A stretch of 38,413 bases of DNA from Armatimonadota bacterium (GTDB lineage Bacteria > Armatimonadota > Zipacnadia > Zipacnadales > UBA5352). Positions 28,325 through 37,304 of this stretch are shown piece by piece; within the stretch, counting starts at the first letter, position 1, and every line of letters starts with the position of its first letter. The stretch is from NCBI GenBank assembly GCA_034722055.1, contig JAYENL010000120.1:1-38413 (forward strand). Direction: 5' to 3'. The notes beneath the pieces were generated by a model. It saw only the letters and a list, made by a program, of their open reading frames with translations, did not search any database and was not told the origin of the DNA. Position numbers and translations under genes: made by a program.

Positions 28325-30136
28325 TCATCCTCCGACCTCCTCGCCCGCGAACAGCAGCGTCAGGACCTCCGCGGCGGTGGTGATCCCGGCGTTAACCTTC
28401 GAGAGACCGTCGTACTTGAGGCTGCGCATGCCCGAGCGCAGCGCGATGCGGCGCAGCTCAGCGGCGGTGGCCTCGGCAGCGATGGCGTCGCGCAGCTCCG
28501 GCGTGATGGGCATCAGCTCGTAGACGCCGATGCGGCCGGAGTAGCCGGTGTTGCGGCACATGGCGCAGCCGCGGCCGTGATGGAACTTGATCTTCTTCGC
28601 CTGCTCCGCGCTCAGCTCCAGGCGGTCCAGCTCCATCTCGCTGGGCTCCACCTCCTCCCGGCAGCGGGGGCAGATGCGCCGCACCAGCCGCTGGGCGATG
28701 ACCCCGATCATCGAGGAGGCGATGAGATAGGGCTCCACGCCCATGTCCACCAGGCGGGTGGCCGCCGAGGGGGCGTCGTTGGTGTGCAGCGTCGAGAGCA
28801 CCAGGTGACCGGTCATCGAGGCCCGGAAGGCCATCTCGGCGGTCTCCAGATCGCGGATCTCGCCGACCAGGATAATGTCGGGGTCCTGGCGGAGAATGTG
28901 CCTGAGGGTGGAGGCGAAGGTCAGGTCGATGCGGGGGTGCACCTGCGTCTGGTTGATGCCGGCGACCTGATACTCGATGGGGTCCTCCACCGTCGTGATG
29001 TTCTTGGTCTCATCGTTGATGGTGTGCAGTGAAGCGTAGAGCGTCGTGCTCTTGCCGCTGCCGGTCGGCCCGGTAACCAGCAGCATCCCCTGGCGGGTGT
29101 GCAGCAGCCTCTCCCAGGTGTTCATCGTCTCCTGGCTCATGCCGAGCTGGTTCAGCGACACCAGGGCGCGGGACTTGTCGAGAATGCGCATCACAGCCTT
29201 CTCGCCCCAGTAGGTGGGCAGCGTGGATACGCGCACGTCGATGGGCCGCTCATCGACCTCCGTGGCGAAGCGGCCGTCCTGGGGCAGCCTGGTCTCGGAG
29301 ATGTCCGCCCCCGCCATGATCTTGATGCGCGAGAGCGCGTAGCGGTGCATATCGCTCGGCAGCGTGGTGAAGGTCATGAGCTGGCCGTCCACGCGGTAGC
29401 GCACCCGCACGTTCTCGGCCCGGGGCTCGACGTGGATGTCGGAGGCGCGCATGCGCACAGCCTCTTTGAGAATCTGCTCGACGATGGCGACCACGGGCGC
29501 CTGGTCGATCATCTCGGCAAGCTTCTGGTCCATCTCGCCCGCGAACTCGCTGTCGGTCACGCGCATGTCCAGCTCGGTGGATGTTGTCGCCTGCATCGAC
29601 ACCTGGGAGCGGGCGCGGGCGGCGTAGTAGTGGTCGATGGCGTTGCGCAGCTCCACCTCGTCCACATCGATCGCCTCGACGCGCTTGCCCGTGCGGGAGC
29701 GTATCTCGTCGATGGCGAAGACATCGCCCGGATCCGCCATGGCCACCAGCATGCGGTCCTCACTGACCTGGATGGGCAGCACCAGGTGCTGCTCGGCGAC
29801 CGCCTTGGGGACGTCGGTGAGGGCCTCCGGGTCAACCTCGTAGCTGTCCAGGGAGGCCTTGCCGTCCGTCCGCGCGGCCCGGCGCTTGCGGGGAGCCTCC
29901 ACTTCCTGCTGCTGCGCCTCCGCGCGGGCCGGGGACTGTCCCTCGCCCTCACGGGGCATGCGCTCGGCAGCCCGGGCCAGGTCCTGGGCAGTGGCGAGGT
30001 CCATGCCCAGCAGCGCCTGAACCAGAGAGACGCCCTCACCGTCCACCTTCCGGTGGGCCTGATCGAGCTGCTCGGGGGTCAGAACGCCCATCTCCACGAG
30101 GGTCTGGGCCAGCTTCTCGTCACGCTCGGATGCCAT
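28325..30136 (-). CDS. GspE/PilB family secretion/pilus assembly ATPase
   Basis: ASDIHVEP, RLPQDGR, Walker A GPTGSGKST, TVEDPIEY, LRQDPD...GEIRD, TGHLVLSTLHTND, and a tetracysteine CPRC/CAMC motif. Confidence 0.93.
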   Translation of the reverse strand: MASERDEKLAQTLVEMGVLTPEQLDQAHRKVDGEGVSLVQALLGMDLATAQDLARAAERMPREGEGQSPARAEAQQQEVEAPRKRRAARTDGKASLDSYEVDPEALTDVPKAVAEQHLVLPIQVSEDRMLVAMADPGDVFAIDEIRSRTGKRVEAIDVDEVELRNAIDHYYAARARSQVSMQATTSTELDMRVTDSEFAGEMDQKLAEMIDQAPVVAIVEQILKEAVRMRASDIHVEPRAENVRVRYRVDGQLMTFTTLPSDMHRYALSRIKIMAGADISETRLPQDGRFATEVDERPIDVRVSTLPTYWGEKAVMRILDKSRALVSLNQLGMSQETMNTWERLLHTRQGMLLVTGPTGSGKSTTLYASLHTINDETKNITTVEDPIEYQVAGINQTQVHPRIDLTFASTLRHILRQDPDIILVGEIRDLETAEMAFRASMTGHLVLSTLHTNDAPSAATRLVDMGVEPYLIASSMIGVIAQRLVRRICPRCREEVEPSEMELDRLELSAEQAKKIKFHHGRGCAMCRNTGYSGRIGVYELMPITPELRDAIAAEATAAELRRIALRSGMRSLKYDGLSKVNAGITTAAEVLTLLFAGEEVGG

Positions 30137-30348
30137 CGGTGCTCCTCCTCGCGCCTTCCTGACGCACCCGGCGCGCGCCCCGCGGGCTCGGTCCGCCGCG
30201 CCGAGCGCCCGGTCGTGCGTACCTAGTGTATTCGCTCCCGTTCGACCGCATCCCTCTGCGTGCGCTCCATATCAGAGGCGGCCAGTAGGGCGAGGCCCGC
30301 AAGCGTCCAATCTGCAACGTCCGGGCCCGCAGGCGTCCCCGGCTTGCG

Positions 30349-30378
30349 TTGACAGCCCACAAGAGCCACGCGTATAAT
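30349..30378 (+). promoter_or_regulatory. Consensus sigma70-type promoter upstream of the TPR gene
   Basis: TTGACA (30349-54), 18 nt spacer, TATAAT (30373-78); 34 nt before the ATG at 30413. Confidence 0.8.
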
Positions 30379-30412
30379 CAGCCCGAGCGCTGAGCGACGT
30401 GGAGGCGACACC

Positions 30413-30970
30413 ATGTGGCCCTTCGGCAGACGGGAGAAGAAGACCGAGGAGAGGCCCGACGCCCGCAAGCGGTTTCGGGACGCCACGCGTGCGCTTGAGC
30501 GGGGCGAGCGCTCCGAGGCCATCCGGGTGCTCTCGGAGGTCGTGGAGGAGGACCCGGAGCACTTCGCCGCCCGCGTGAACCTGGGCACCGCCTACTACAG
30601 CGAGGGGGAGTACGTGGCTGCGGCCCGCCAGTTCGAGGCCGCGCGGGAGCTGCAGCCGGAGAACCCGAAGGTGCTCCTCAACCTCGCGGCCTCCAGGAAC
30701 CAGCTCGACCAGGTGGAGGAGGCCATCGACCTTCTGCTGGAGGTCCTGGAGCTGGACCCGCAGTTCCGGGACGTTCACCACAACCTGGCGATCGCCTACT
30801 GGCGGCAGGGCAAGCTGCCGCAGGCCATGGCGGAGCTGGAGATGGAGCTGGCCCTGCATCCCGACCACGAGGCCGCGAAGCAGACCGCGGAGCGGCTGAG
30901 GGCGGAGGCGGGGCCGGTGCCCGGCGAGGAGTCGCCGCGCGAGACCGGGGAGCCAGAGGACGAGGCATAG
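30413..30970 (+). CDS. Tetratricopeptide repeat protein
   Basis: About four TPR units (NLGTAYY..GEY..A, NLAIAYW.QGK...A..., L.LDP/L.LHP). GGAGG RBS. Confidence 0.85.
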   Translation: MWPFGRREKKTEERPDARKRFRDATRALERGERSEAIRVLSEVVEEDPEHFAARVNLGTAYYSEGEYVAAARQFEAARELQPENPKVLLNLAASRNQLDQVEEAIDLLLEVLELDPQFRDVHHNLAIAYWRQGKLPQAMAELEMELALHPDHEAAKQTAERLRAEAGPVPGEESPRETGEPEDEA

Positions 30971-31300
30971 AGCCTCGGGGCCGATCAGATCAGGCTCCCG
31001 CATGAGGCGTGGGGGCGTCTCGGAGCGATCACGAAGTGAGTGCGGCGCACGGGGTCGTACACGGCCGCGGGCATGAGCCCGCGGTCGATTCGCATCCGGA
31101 CAGGTCCAGCCGGCCGCCGGGGGGAACCGGCGTCGGGGACCATCACCGCATGGAGGTGTGGGTGGCATCCACGAACACAACGGCAGTCGCGCTGCTCGTG
31201 ATATGCTGACTGACTGCCTGCCGCCGCTCCCGCTCTCCGACGCCGCGCTTGCGGTGCGGTTCGCATCGACGCGACTACGCTGCGCCGTGAAGGTCGCGGG

Positions 31301-32179
31301 ATGAGCCCCCAAACTGTCGCGTATCTGATGGCCGGCGGCGCCACAGTCATGTGGGGCCTGGTGGTCATCCCCATCAAGCGCGCCCGCACCTCGGGGCGGC
31401 TGGGAATCGCCATCTCCATGGCCATCGGCACCATCGCGATGTTCGCCCTCTCAGGTCGCGACATCGCGATACTGGCCAGGCTCAGCTACCCGGAGCTGGG
31501 CCTCTATGCGGTCACGGGCGTGCTGCAGTTCCCCCTGGGCTGCACGCTCTACTACCGGGCGGTGCAGCACGGCAGCCTTTCAGTGGCCGTGCCCATCACG
31601 CGGGTGAAGACCATCATCATCCTGTTCCTCTCCATCGCGCTGGGCCTGGAGGTCTTCCGGTGGGGCCTGCTGGCGGCCGCACTGATGGCGCTTTTCGGCG
31701 GAATCATGGTGGGCGCGCCCACCTCGGCCGCGGACGGCGACGAGCGGGTCAGCCACTGGACCGCCGTGGGCTACGCCGTGGGGGCCTGCGTGTTCTGGGC
31801 CATCGGTGAGACCTTCATGGGCCTGCTACCCCACCGCGTTCCGGCCATGGCCTCCAACGGCATGCTGCTGGGCTGCGGGCTGGTGGCGTGGAGCGTCTAC
31901 GCCCTCGTCTCCGGCGCCTGGCGGGAGCTGCTGGCGATGCCCGGGCACGACATCTGGTGCTTCCTCGCGCACGGCCTGCTGAGCTTCGCCACCGGCTACG
32001 CCCTGTTCGTGGCCGCCATTCAGATCGCCGGGCCGCCCCGGGTGGTCATCATCACCTCCACCTACCCCCTCATCGCCGCCCTCGTGGGCTGGATCGGCTA
32101 TGGCGAGCGCTTCAGCGTCCCCCTGCTGATTGGAGCCATCCTGCTGATCGGCGGGGTCATCACGCTGCAGTTCGTCTGA
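31301..32179 (+). CDS. DMT/EamA family transporter
   Basis: About 10 TM helices in two repeats; MWG/FWA, LGLE and GYGER...GAILLIGGV motifs. Confidence 0.85.
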   Translation: MSPQTVAYLMAGGATVMWGLVVIPIKRARTSGRLGIAISMAIGTIAMFALSGRDIAILARLSYPELGLYAVTGVLQFPLGCTLYYRAVQHGSLSVAVPITRVKTIIILFLSIALGLEVFRWGLLAAALMALFGGIMVGAPTSAADGDERVSHWTAVGYAVGACVFWAIGETFMGLLPHRVPAMASNGMLLGCGLVAWSVYALVSGAWRELLAMPGHDIWCFLAHGLLSFATGYALFVAAIQIAGPPRVVIITSTYPLIAALVGWIGYGERFSVPLLIGAILLIGGVITLQFV

Positions 32180-32230
32180 CGTCGCAGGGCCTCCGCCTGG
32201 GCTTCGCCAACTCCCCCCACCGGCCAGCCC

Positions 32231-33220
32231 TTAGTCCTCGCCACCGTCAGGCAGCACCTCGGACAGGCGGCTCAGCACCTCGCGCTCGACCGCATCCAAC
32301 GTGTCGAGGAACGGGCCGCGGTCGGGACGCAGGTCGAACGAGCGCCGCGGCTCGCCGTCATCGGCGCCGCGGTTGGAGCCGTTGTGCAGGCACCAGCCGG
32401 CGGCCCCGCCCTCGATGGCGCCGCGCAGGTCGGTGAGGAAGTCCTCGGTCTCCGGCTGCCAGGAGCCGTAGTCGCGCCGGAAGGGCTCCTGCAGGTGCAC
32501 CGGAACCCCCCGGCCGATCTCCCGCATCCACGCCAGGCAGCGTGTAACCACGGCCCGTGTCTTTGCCGGATCCTCAGGGCCACGCCCCAGGTGCGGCGCG
32601 ATCAGGTCAACCTGCGTGGTCTCAAGGAACTCGTCGAGCGCCTCCGCCGATCTGAGGGCACACGAGGCGGTGACGAGACGGTGGGCATCGACCTCTCGGA
32701 TGGCATCGCGCAACTCCCGGCACTCCTCGAGACTGACGAACCGGGCGTCACGGACATCGCGCTCGTTGGCCACGTCGATGTACACGTTGCGCCACGGCAG
32801 CAACTCGCGCGAGATCGTCCGCACGGCCGCCAGATGCGCCTCCTGCGTGGTCAGCACGCCGCCGCGGTGCAGCGTCACGTCCACGATCATGCCGCGTTCG
32901 TCGGCCAGACGCACCAGCTCGCGGAGCCGCGACATGGCCGACTCCACCGTCGCCCCCGCCTCATCCAGCGCCGGCTGCGTGCCATGCCGCTCCCACGTGG
33001 CCCACACGCGGACCCAGTTCACGCCCAGCTCTCGCAGGTCGTCGAGGTCGCCGGTCATCAGCTCCGGCGTCCGCGCCTGCCCCGCGTAGTAGCTGACGCC
33101 GACGAGGAAGGCGGCCTCCCCCTCGAGCGTGAAACGCGTCCCGTCGATACCCAGCTCCATCGCCTGTCCGGTCACCGTCATCACCACCGCGCACGTACAG
33201 ATCAGCGTTCGGGTCCGCAT
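32231..33220 (-). CDS. Secreted GH5/clan-A-like TIM-barrel glycoside hydrolase
   Basis: Signal-like N-terminus MRTRTLICTCAVVM; GVNWVRVW; VANE (acid/base-like NE); PVHLQEP (nucleophile-like). GGAGG RBS before ATG 33220. Confidence 0.7.
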   Translation of the reverse strand: MRTRTLICTCAVVMTVTGQAMELGIDGTRFTLEGEAAFLVGVSYYAGQARTPELMTGDLDDLRELGVNWVRVWATWERHGTQPALDEAGATVESAMSRLRELVRLADERGMIVDVTLHRGGVLTTQEAHLAAVRTISRELLPWRNVYIDVANERDVRDARFVSLEECRELRDAIREVDAHRLVTASCALRSAEALDEFLETTQVDLIAPHLGRGPEDPAKTRAVVTRCLAWMREIGRGVPVHLQEPFRRDYGSWQPETEDFLTDLRGAIEGGAAGWCLHNGSNRGADDGEPRRSFDLRPDRGPFLDTLDAVEREVLSRLSEVLPDGGED

Positions 33221-33705
33221 CCGTGCCACCTCCAGCACTGAGAAGTCTCGTCTGGATTCAACGCCCATCGCAAGGCAGTGTTCCGCAGGCATCCCGGCGA
33301 CCGGCGGACACGGCTGTCTGCGGCTCGAAACCGCAGGAGAAACGCACCGACCTCCGTCCGCGCGGGCACCCAGCGCGTCTGTCGTTCCGTGGCCCGGAGT
33401 TCTGGAGATGCGGAGCATCTCAGCCAGTCCGCTTGCGGTCTGGGGAACTCCGTAACCTGGCTCGCCTGCGAGCCTCCGGACGCTCCTGTCCGGGCGCCGT
33501 TTGCCCTGTTTCGACGCCGAACGACAACGACCGGGCGCCAGCACAGGCGCGCCCATGCAAACGGAACTACACACGGCCAGCGGCTCTCAAGACGCTGCCG
33601 GGCCGGACGGGATGGGGATTAGTGCGGTCCGGCGGTGTCATGTGTAACGCCGCCTCAGCACAGTGTGAAGTAGCCAATGAACTGGCCCCCTGTGGGCCAG
33701 TCAGC

Positions 33706-33711
33706 TATAAT
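33706..33711 (+). promoter_or_regulatory. Possible -10 box for the 740-aa gene
   Basis: TATAAT in a GC-rich intergenic region 144 nt upstream of the ATG; the -35 is poor. Confidence 0.4.
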
Positions 33712-33855
33712 CAGCGGCGAACTCGGTCTCGCGCCGGGTGGCGGTGATCGCCACGTCACATGCGGCGGCTTCCAGCGCCAACCTATGGCGTGGCCGGGGT
33801 GGAAGGCCGTCCCAGCGCGGACGTGCGTGCTTCGCCCTGAAGAGGAGGTGACGCA

Positions 33856-36078
33856 ATGTCGCCGCCAACCCTCCGCCGCCTCGCCGCAACCGGCCTTGGC
33901 CTGACCATGCTCCTGGTGCTGACCTGGCCCGCTGTGGCGCAGAGGGTCGAGATGGACGTGCTTGCCAATATCAGCCCCGATCTCGAGCTATACTTCGAGG
34001 GCACCGTCGCTGCCAGCAATCTGACCCCTCAGGGGCACCTGCAGGTGCACAACGAGCTGGACATCACGGTGGAGTTCATCGAGAAGGGCGGGAAGTTCAA
34101 GGTCCTCCCCGACAGCTACAAGGCCACCAGCGATGAGGCCTTCAGGGGCCGCCGCACGCTCGGCGATGAGGAGAAGAACGGCGTCAACTCGCAGACCGTG
34201 CGCATCTGCGGCCAGGAGGTGGTGCCACAGGACGAGGGGCAGCCGTTCGGGATCCGAGGCACCACGTCGCTGGGCAACGCCCACCGCTTCCGCATCATCG
34301 CCACCCTCAAGCACCACTGGTTCGGCAACTTCCCCGCCGCGGACTGCATCTACGACGTCGCGGGACCCTTTGCCGTGACACCGGGGGTGGCGCGCAAGCG
34401 CCAGGGCGGCGGTCTGCTGAGCCAGGTTGGGCGCTTCCTGCAGAGGTCCGTGTGTGACATCGGCGAGCAGGTGGTGGAGGGCGGGGTGGGAGCGCTGCTG
34501 GGCGGCGGAGCGGTCGGCCTCCTGCAGTCGGCGCTGCTCGACGAGGTCCAGAGCAAGCAGGGCGCGCTCGGCCAGGCTCTCAGCTACATCGGCGCCGGCC
34601 ACGAAGGCGGCTCAGCGACGGGAGTGCTGCCCGCCGCGGGCTCTGAGGGCGACCTGGCTCGATCCGTGGTGCAGCGGCTGCTGGGCGAGCAGCTCGGCGA
34701 AGCCGCGGGCGGCCTGCTGTCCCCCACCGGCGAGATCCGCCTCGACGCCCCCCAGATCCAGCAGGTGGTGCAAAGGATCACATCCGACGTGCAGAGCCAG
34801 TTGGGCCTGCGGGATCTCTCCGTGAGCGTTGATGAGGCGGAGGTCATCGTGCGCAGCCTCTCACCGGCTTTGCAGGGGCACGGTCACCTGGAGCCGATCG
34901 TGGCCTACCTGCTGGCGGAGGCCGCGGTCTCCGCGCCCTGGGTTCAGACCGTGACCGTTTTCTTCGACGACCTGCAAGGCGGCTCACTGGGGGTGCTGGC
35001 GCCCGCGGACATCGCCCGGCAGTACGCGCAGGGAAGCATGGACACGGCCGCCTTCCTCAGCCAGTGCGGACTCACCGATGAGTCCTCAGCGCAGACGCAG
35101 GTCGGCGACGTGGCCGGCCAGGGGCAGCCCGTGGGAGCGGCAGCGGGCGGCACGCAGCAGTCGCCGGCCACGACGCAGGCCCTGATCCGCCAGGCCCAGC
35201 TTCCCGCGGGCTGGCTGGCCAGCGCCACCAGGCCCATCCCGCCGCCTCAGCTTCAGGGCTCCCTGCCCGGGCTGGACATCAGCGCTCACCAGGTGGTGTG
35301 GGCGGGGCTGCAGGTGCTCCAGGTCGGCTCGAGTCCGGTGACCTTGTTGGGGATGGAGCTTCAGGGGCCGGTGGAGGCCACGGCGCTGCTGCGCGACCTG
35401 GCGACACAGACCGGCGGGCAGGGCACGCCCAGCGGGCTCGTGGCGATGCCCACGAATCCAACGCTCTACGCGGTGCAGATCGGTCGCATGGTGCACCTGA
35501 TGACCGGCGAGGAGGCGCCGGTCACCCAGGTGGCCGGGGTCGTGGCGCAGATGCCCCAGCAGGCAGCGGCGCCAGCCGTCGCGGCCTTCACACCGCACCC
35601 GGGAGAGGGCACGGCCGCACCTGCAGGCGCCCAGCCTGGCGCAGTCACCGCGACGGGCCAGCCACAACCTCCGACACCCGGGCCGGCGCAGGGCGGCGAG
35701 CAGCAGCCCCCGGAGCCGGTGGTGGGGCTGCCCGAGGCGATGCCCCTGCAGCAGGGCAGCTTCATCCAGGAGGCCGTGCTGTGCACGGACGTGGACAGGT
35801 CGGGCACGCCCGTTGAGATCACCGAGCCCCTGCCGACCGACACGACGAGGGTGGGCGTGTTCCTGGACATCCAGCAGGCGCCCGCCAACTCCCAGGTTCT
35901 GCTGGAGTGGTTCCGCGAGGGCCGGACCATCAGCCGGCGCCTCATCACGGTCAGCGGCAGCAAGCGGACGGTGAACTGGGTGATGCCCAGCGCCGGGGGC
36001 TTCAGCCCCGGAAGCTACTGGCTGGAGATCACGGCCGACGACACACTCGTCGCCAGGCTGCCCTTCACCGTTCAGTAG
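33856..36078 (+). CDS. Secreted multidomain hypothetical protein with Pro/Ala/Gln linkers and a C-terminal Ig-like domain
   Basis: GAGGAGG RBS; signal peptide ending AVA-Q; host-like codons; C-terminal W...G....PGSYWLEI.ADD...A..PFTV beta-sandwich pattern. Confidence 0.75.
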   Translation: MSPPTLRRLAATGLGLTMLLVLTWPAVAQRVEMDVLANISPDLELYFEGTVAASNLTPQGHLQVHNELDITVEFIEKGGKFKVLPDSYKATSDEAFRGRRTLGDEEKNGVNSQTVRICGQEVVPQDEGQPFGIRGTTSLGNAHRFRIIATLKHHWFGNFPAADCIYDVAGPFAVTPGVARKRQGGGLLSQVGRFLQRSVCDIGEQVVEGGVGALLGGGAVGLLQSALLDEVQSKQGALGQALSYIGAGHEGGSATGVLPAAGSEGDLARSVVQRLLGEQLGEAAGGLLSPTGEIRLDAPQIQQVVQRITSDVQSQLGLRDLSVSVDEAEVIVRSLSPALQGHGHLEPIVAYLLAEAAVSAPWVQTVTVFFDDLQGGSLGVLAPADIARQYAQGSMDTAAFLSQCGLTDESSAQTQVGDVAGQGQPVGAAAGGTQQSPATTQALIRQAQLPAGWLASATRPIPPPQLQGSLPGLDISAHQVVWAGLQVLQVGSSPVTLLGMELQGPVEATALLRDLATQTGGQGTPSGLVAMPTNPTLYAVQIGRMVHLMTGEEAPVTQVAGVVAQMPQQAAAPAVAAFTPHPGEGTAAPAGAQPGAVTATGQPQPPTPGPAQGGEQQPPEPVVGLPEAMPLQQGSFIQEAVLCTDVDRSGTPVEITEPLPTDTTRVGVFLDIQQAPANSQVLLEWFREGRTISRRLITVSGSKRTVNWVMPSAGGFSPGSYWLEITADDTLVARLPFTVQ

Positions 36079-36100
36079 CCCCGGCGCGCGGAAGGAGACG

Positions 36101-36205
36101 ATGGTGGACGACATCCTGAGGGTTCTGAGCAGCGCCGCGCTGATACTGACCATCATCGGCCTGCTGATCCGCGACGCGATTGTGCCGCGGCGCGGACGGG
36201 ACTGA
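36101..36205 (+). CDS. 34-aa single-TM small protein (not in the ORF track)
   Basis: AAGGAG RBS; MVDDILRVLSSAALILTIIGLLIRDAIVPRRGRD*; fills the gap between two same-strand genes. Confidence 0.6.
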   Translation: MVDDILRVLSSAALILTIIGLLIRDAIVPRRGRD

Positions 36206-36225
36206 CGGCCGCATGGGAGAGACCG

Positions 36226-37182
36226 GTGCGAATGTCGGGGGATGAGGCCGAGGCGCCCGAACGGTGCGCACCGCGCGCGGTGATCTTCATTGCCTGGAGC
36301 TTCCCTCTGGCCTGGGTGGCGACGATTGCGGTGCGGCTGATCGTGGGGCCCTTCCCCAGCGTGGCGCCCGGCGCGCCGCTGACGAGCGTTCCAGAGTTCT
36401 GGCCCTACGCCGCCCTCTTCGCCTTCATCGTTCTGCTGCCGCCGGTAGTCGCGTGGCTTCTGGCGCGAAGGTGGGGCCTGTCCACCAGGCGCTGGGGACT
36501 CCGCGTCGGGCGCTCCGGGCAGGCGGTCCTCGTTACGCCGCTGGTGGCGCTGGCCGTGGCCATGCTGGCCACGGCGCTGCCCATCGCGGCGGGGATCGGG
36601 AGGCTCGACCTCTCCGGGATGGGGCACGTGCAGCGGCTCGGCGAGGCCGGACGGTTCGAGGAGGCGCTTGAGGAGAAGCTGGACCGCGAGGATAGCCCGT
36701 ATCCCGTCGGCGCGCGCGTTGTCTCTGGCCTGGTGACCGGGCTGATACTCGGCGTGCTGCTGGCACCGATCGTCGAGCTGCCCTGGCGCGGGCTGCTGCA
36801 GACCGAGCTTGCATGGCTGGGCTTTGCGAGGTCCAGCCTGCTGGTGGGCGTGCTGGCGGCGGCGTGGTGGCTGCCGGCGCTGGCCTGCGGCCCGGACGAT
36901 CAGCCGGGGCTGCCGCTGCTCGGCGTGTGGCTGGGGACGGTGGCGCTGCTGGGGGTGCCGCTCTCGTGGCTGCGCCTGTCCACCGGCTCGATCATCCCCG
37001 CCAGCGTCCTGGCGGCGAGCTGGGCCTCACTCGGCGAGCTGCCGCTGATGGCGGTCCGGGGAGGCACGGAGCTGCAGATCGAGATTGCGAAGCTGGGCGC
37101 GGTGGCCCTGCTGGCGGGGGCGGCGCTGGTGTGGCCGCCGCGCTCAGCGAAGACTGGCGACCAGCCTGCGCGCAGCCCGTGA
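36226..37182 (+). CDS. CPBP/Abi (CAAX protease-like) membrane protein with degenerate catalytic motifs
   Basis: Paralog of the next gene (ELPWRGLLQ.EL...GFAR.S). The EE, H and HxxxN residues are replaced. Confidence 0.8.
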   Translation: MRMSGDEAEAPERCAPRAVIFIAWSFPLAWVATIAVRLIVGPFPSVAPGAPLTSVPEFWPYAALFAFIVLLPPVVAWLLARRWGLSTRRWGLRVGRSGQAVLVTPLVALAVAMLATALPIAAGIGRLDLSGMGHVQRLGEAGRFEEALEEKLDREDSPYPVGARVVSGLVTGLILGVLLAPIVELPWRGLLQTELAWLGFARSSLLVGVLAAAWWLPALACGPDDQPGLPLLGVWLGTVALLGVPLSWLRLSTGSIIPASVLAASWASLGELPLMAVRGGTELQIEIAKLGAVALLAGAALVWPPRSAKTGDQPARSP

Positions 37183-37304
37183 ACCGGCCAACGTGAGCCC
37201 GCAGCAGGCGCCGGTGCGTCGCCGGCCGCCGTCGCCCGATCGCGTGCCTCGCGCTTGCCTTGAGAGCGGGGACGTGCCTGACACCTGTTGAGCCGGAGCA
37301 ACTC

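Noticed and set aside
30985..31210. Possible small ORFs between the TPR and DMT genes
   Set aside because: No convincing RBS, codon bias or motif on either strand.
33221..33574. N-terminal extension of the GH5-like ORF in the track
   Set aside because: A good RBS and signal peptide start at 33220; the extension is low-complexity open frame. Similar over-extensions were trimmed for ilvE, the isomerase, Gfo/Idh/MocA, the epimerase, the SDR and the creatininase.
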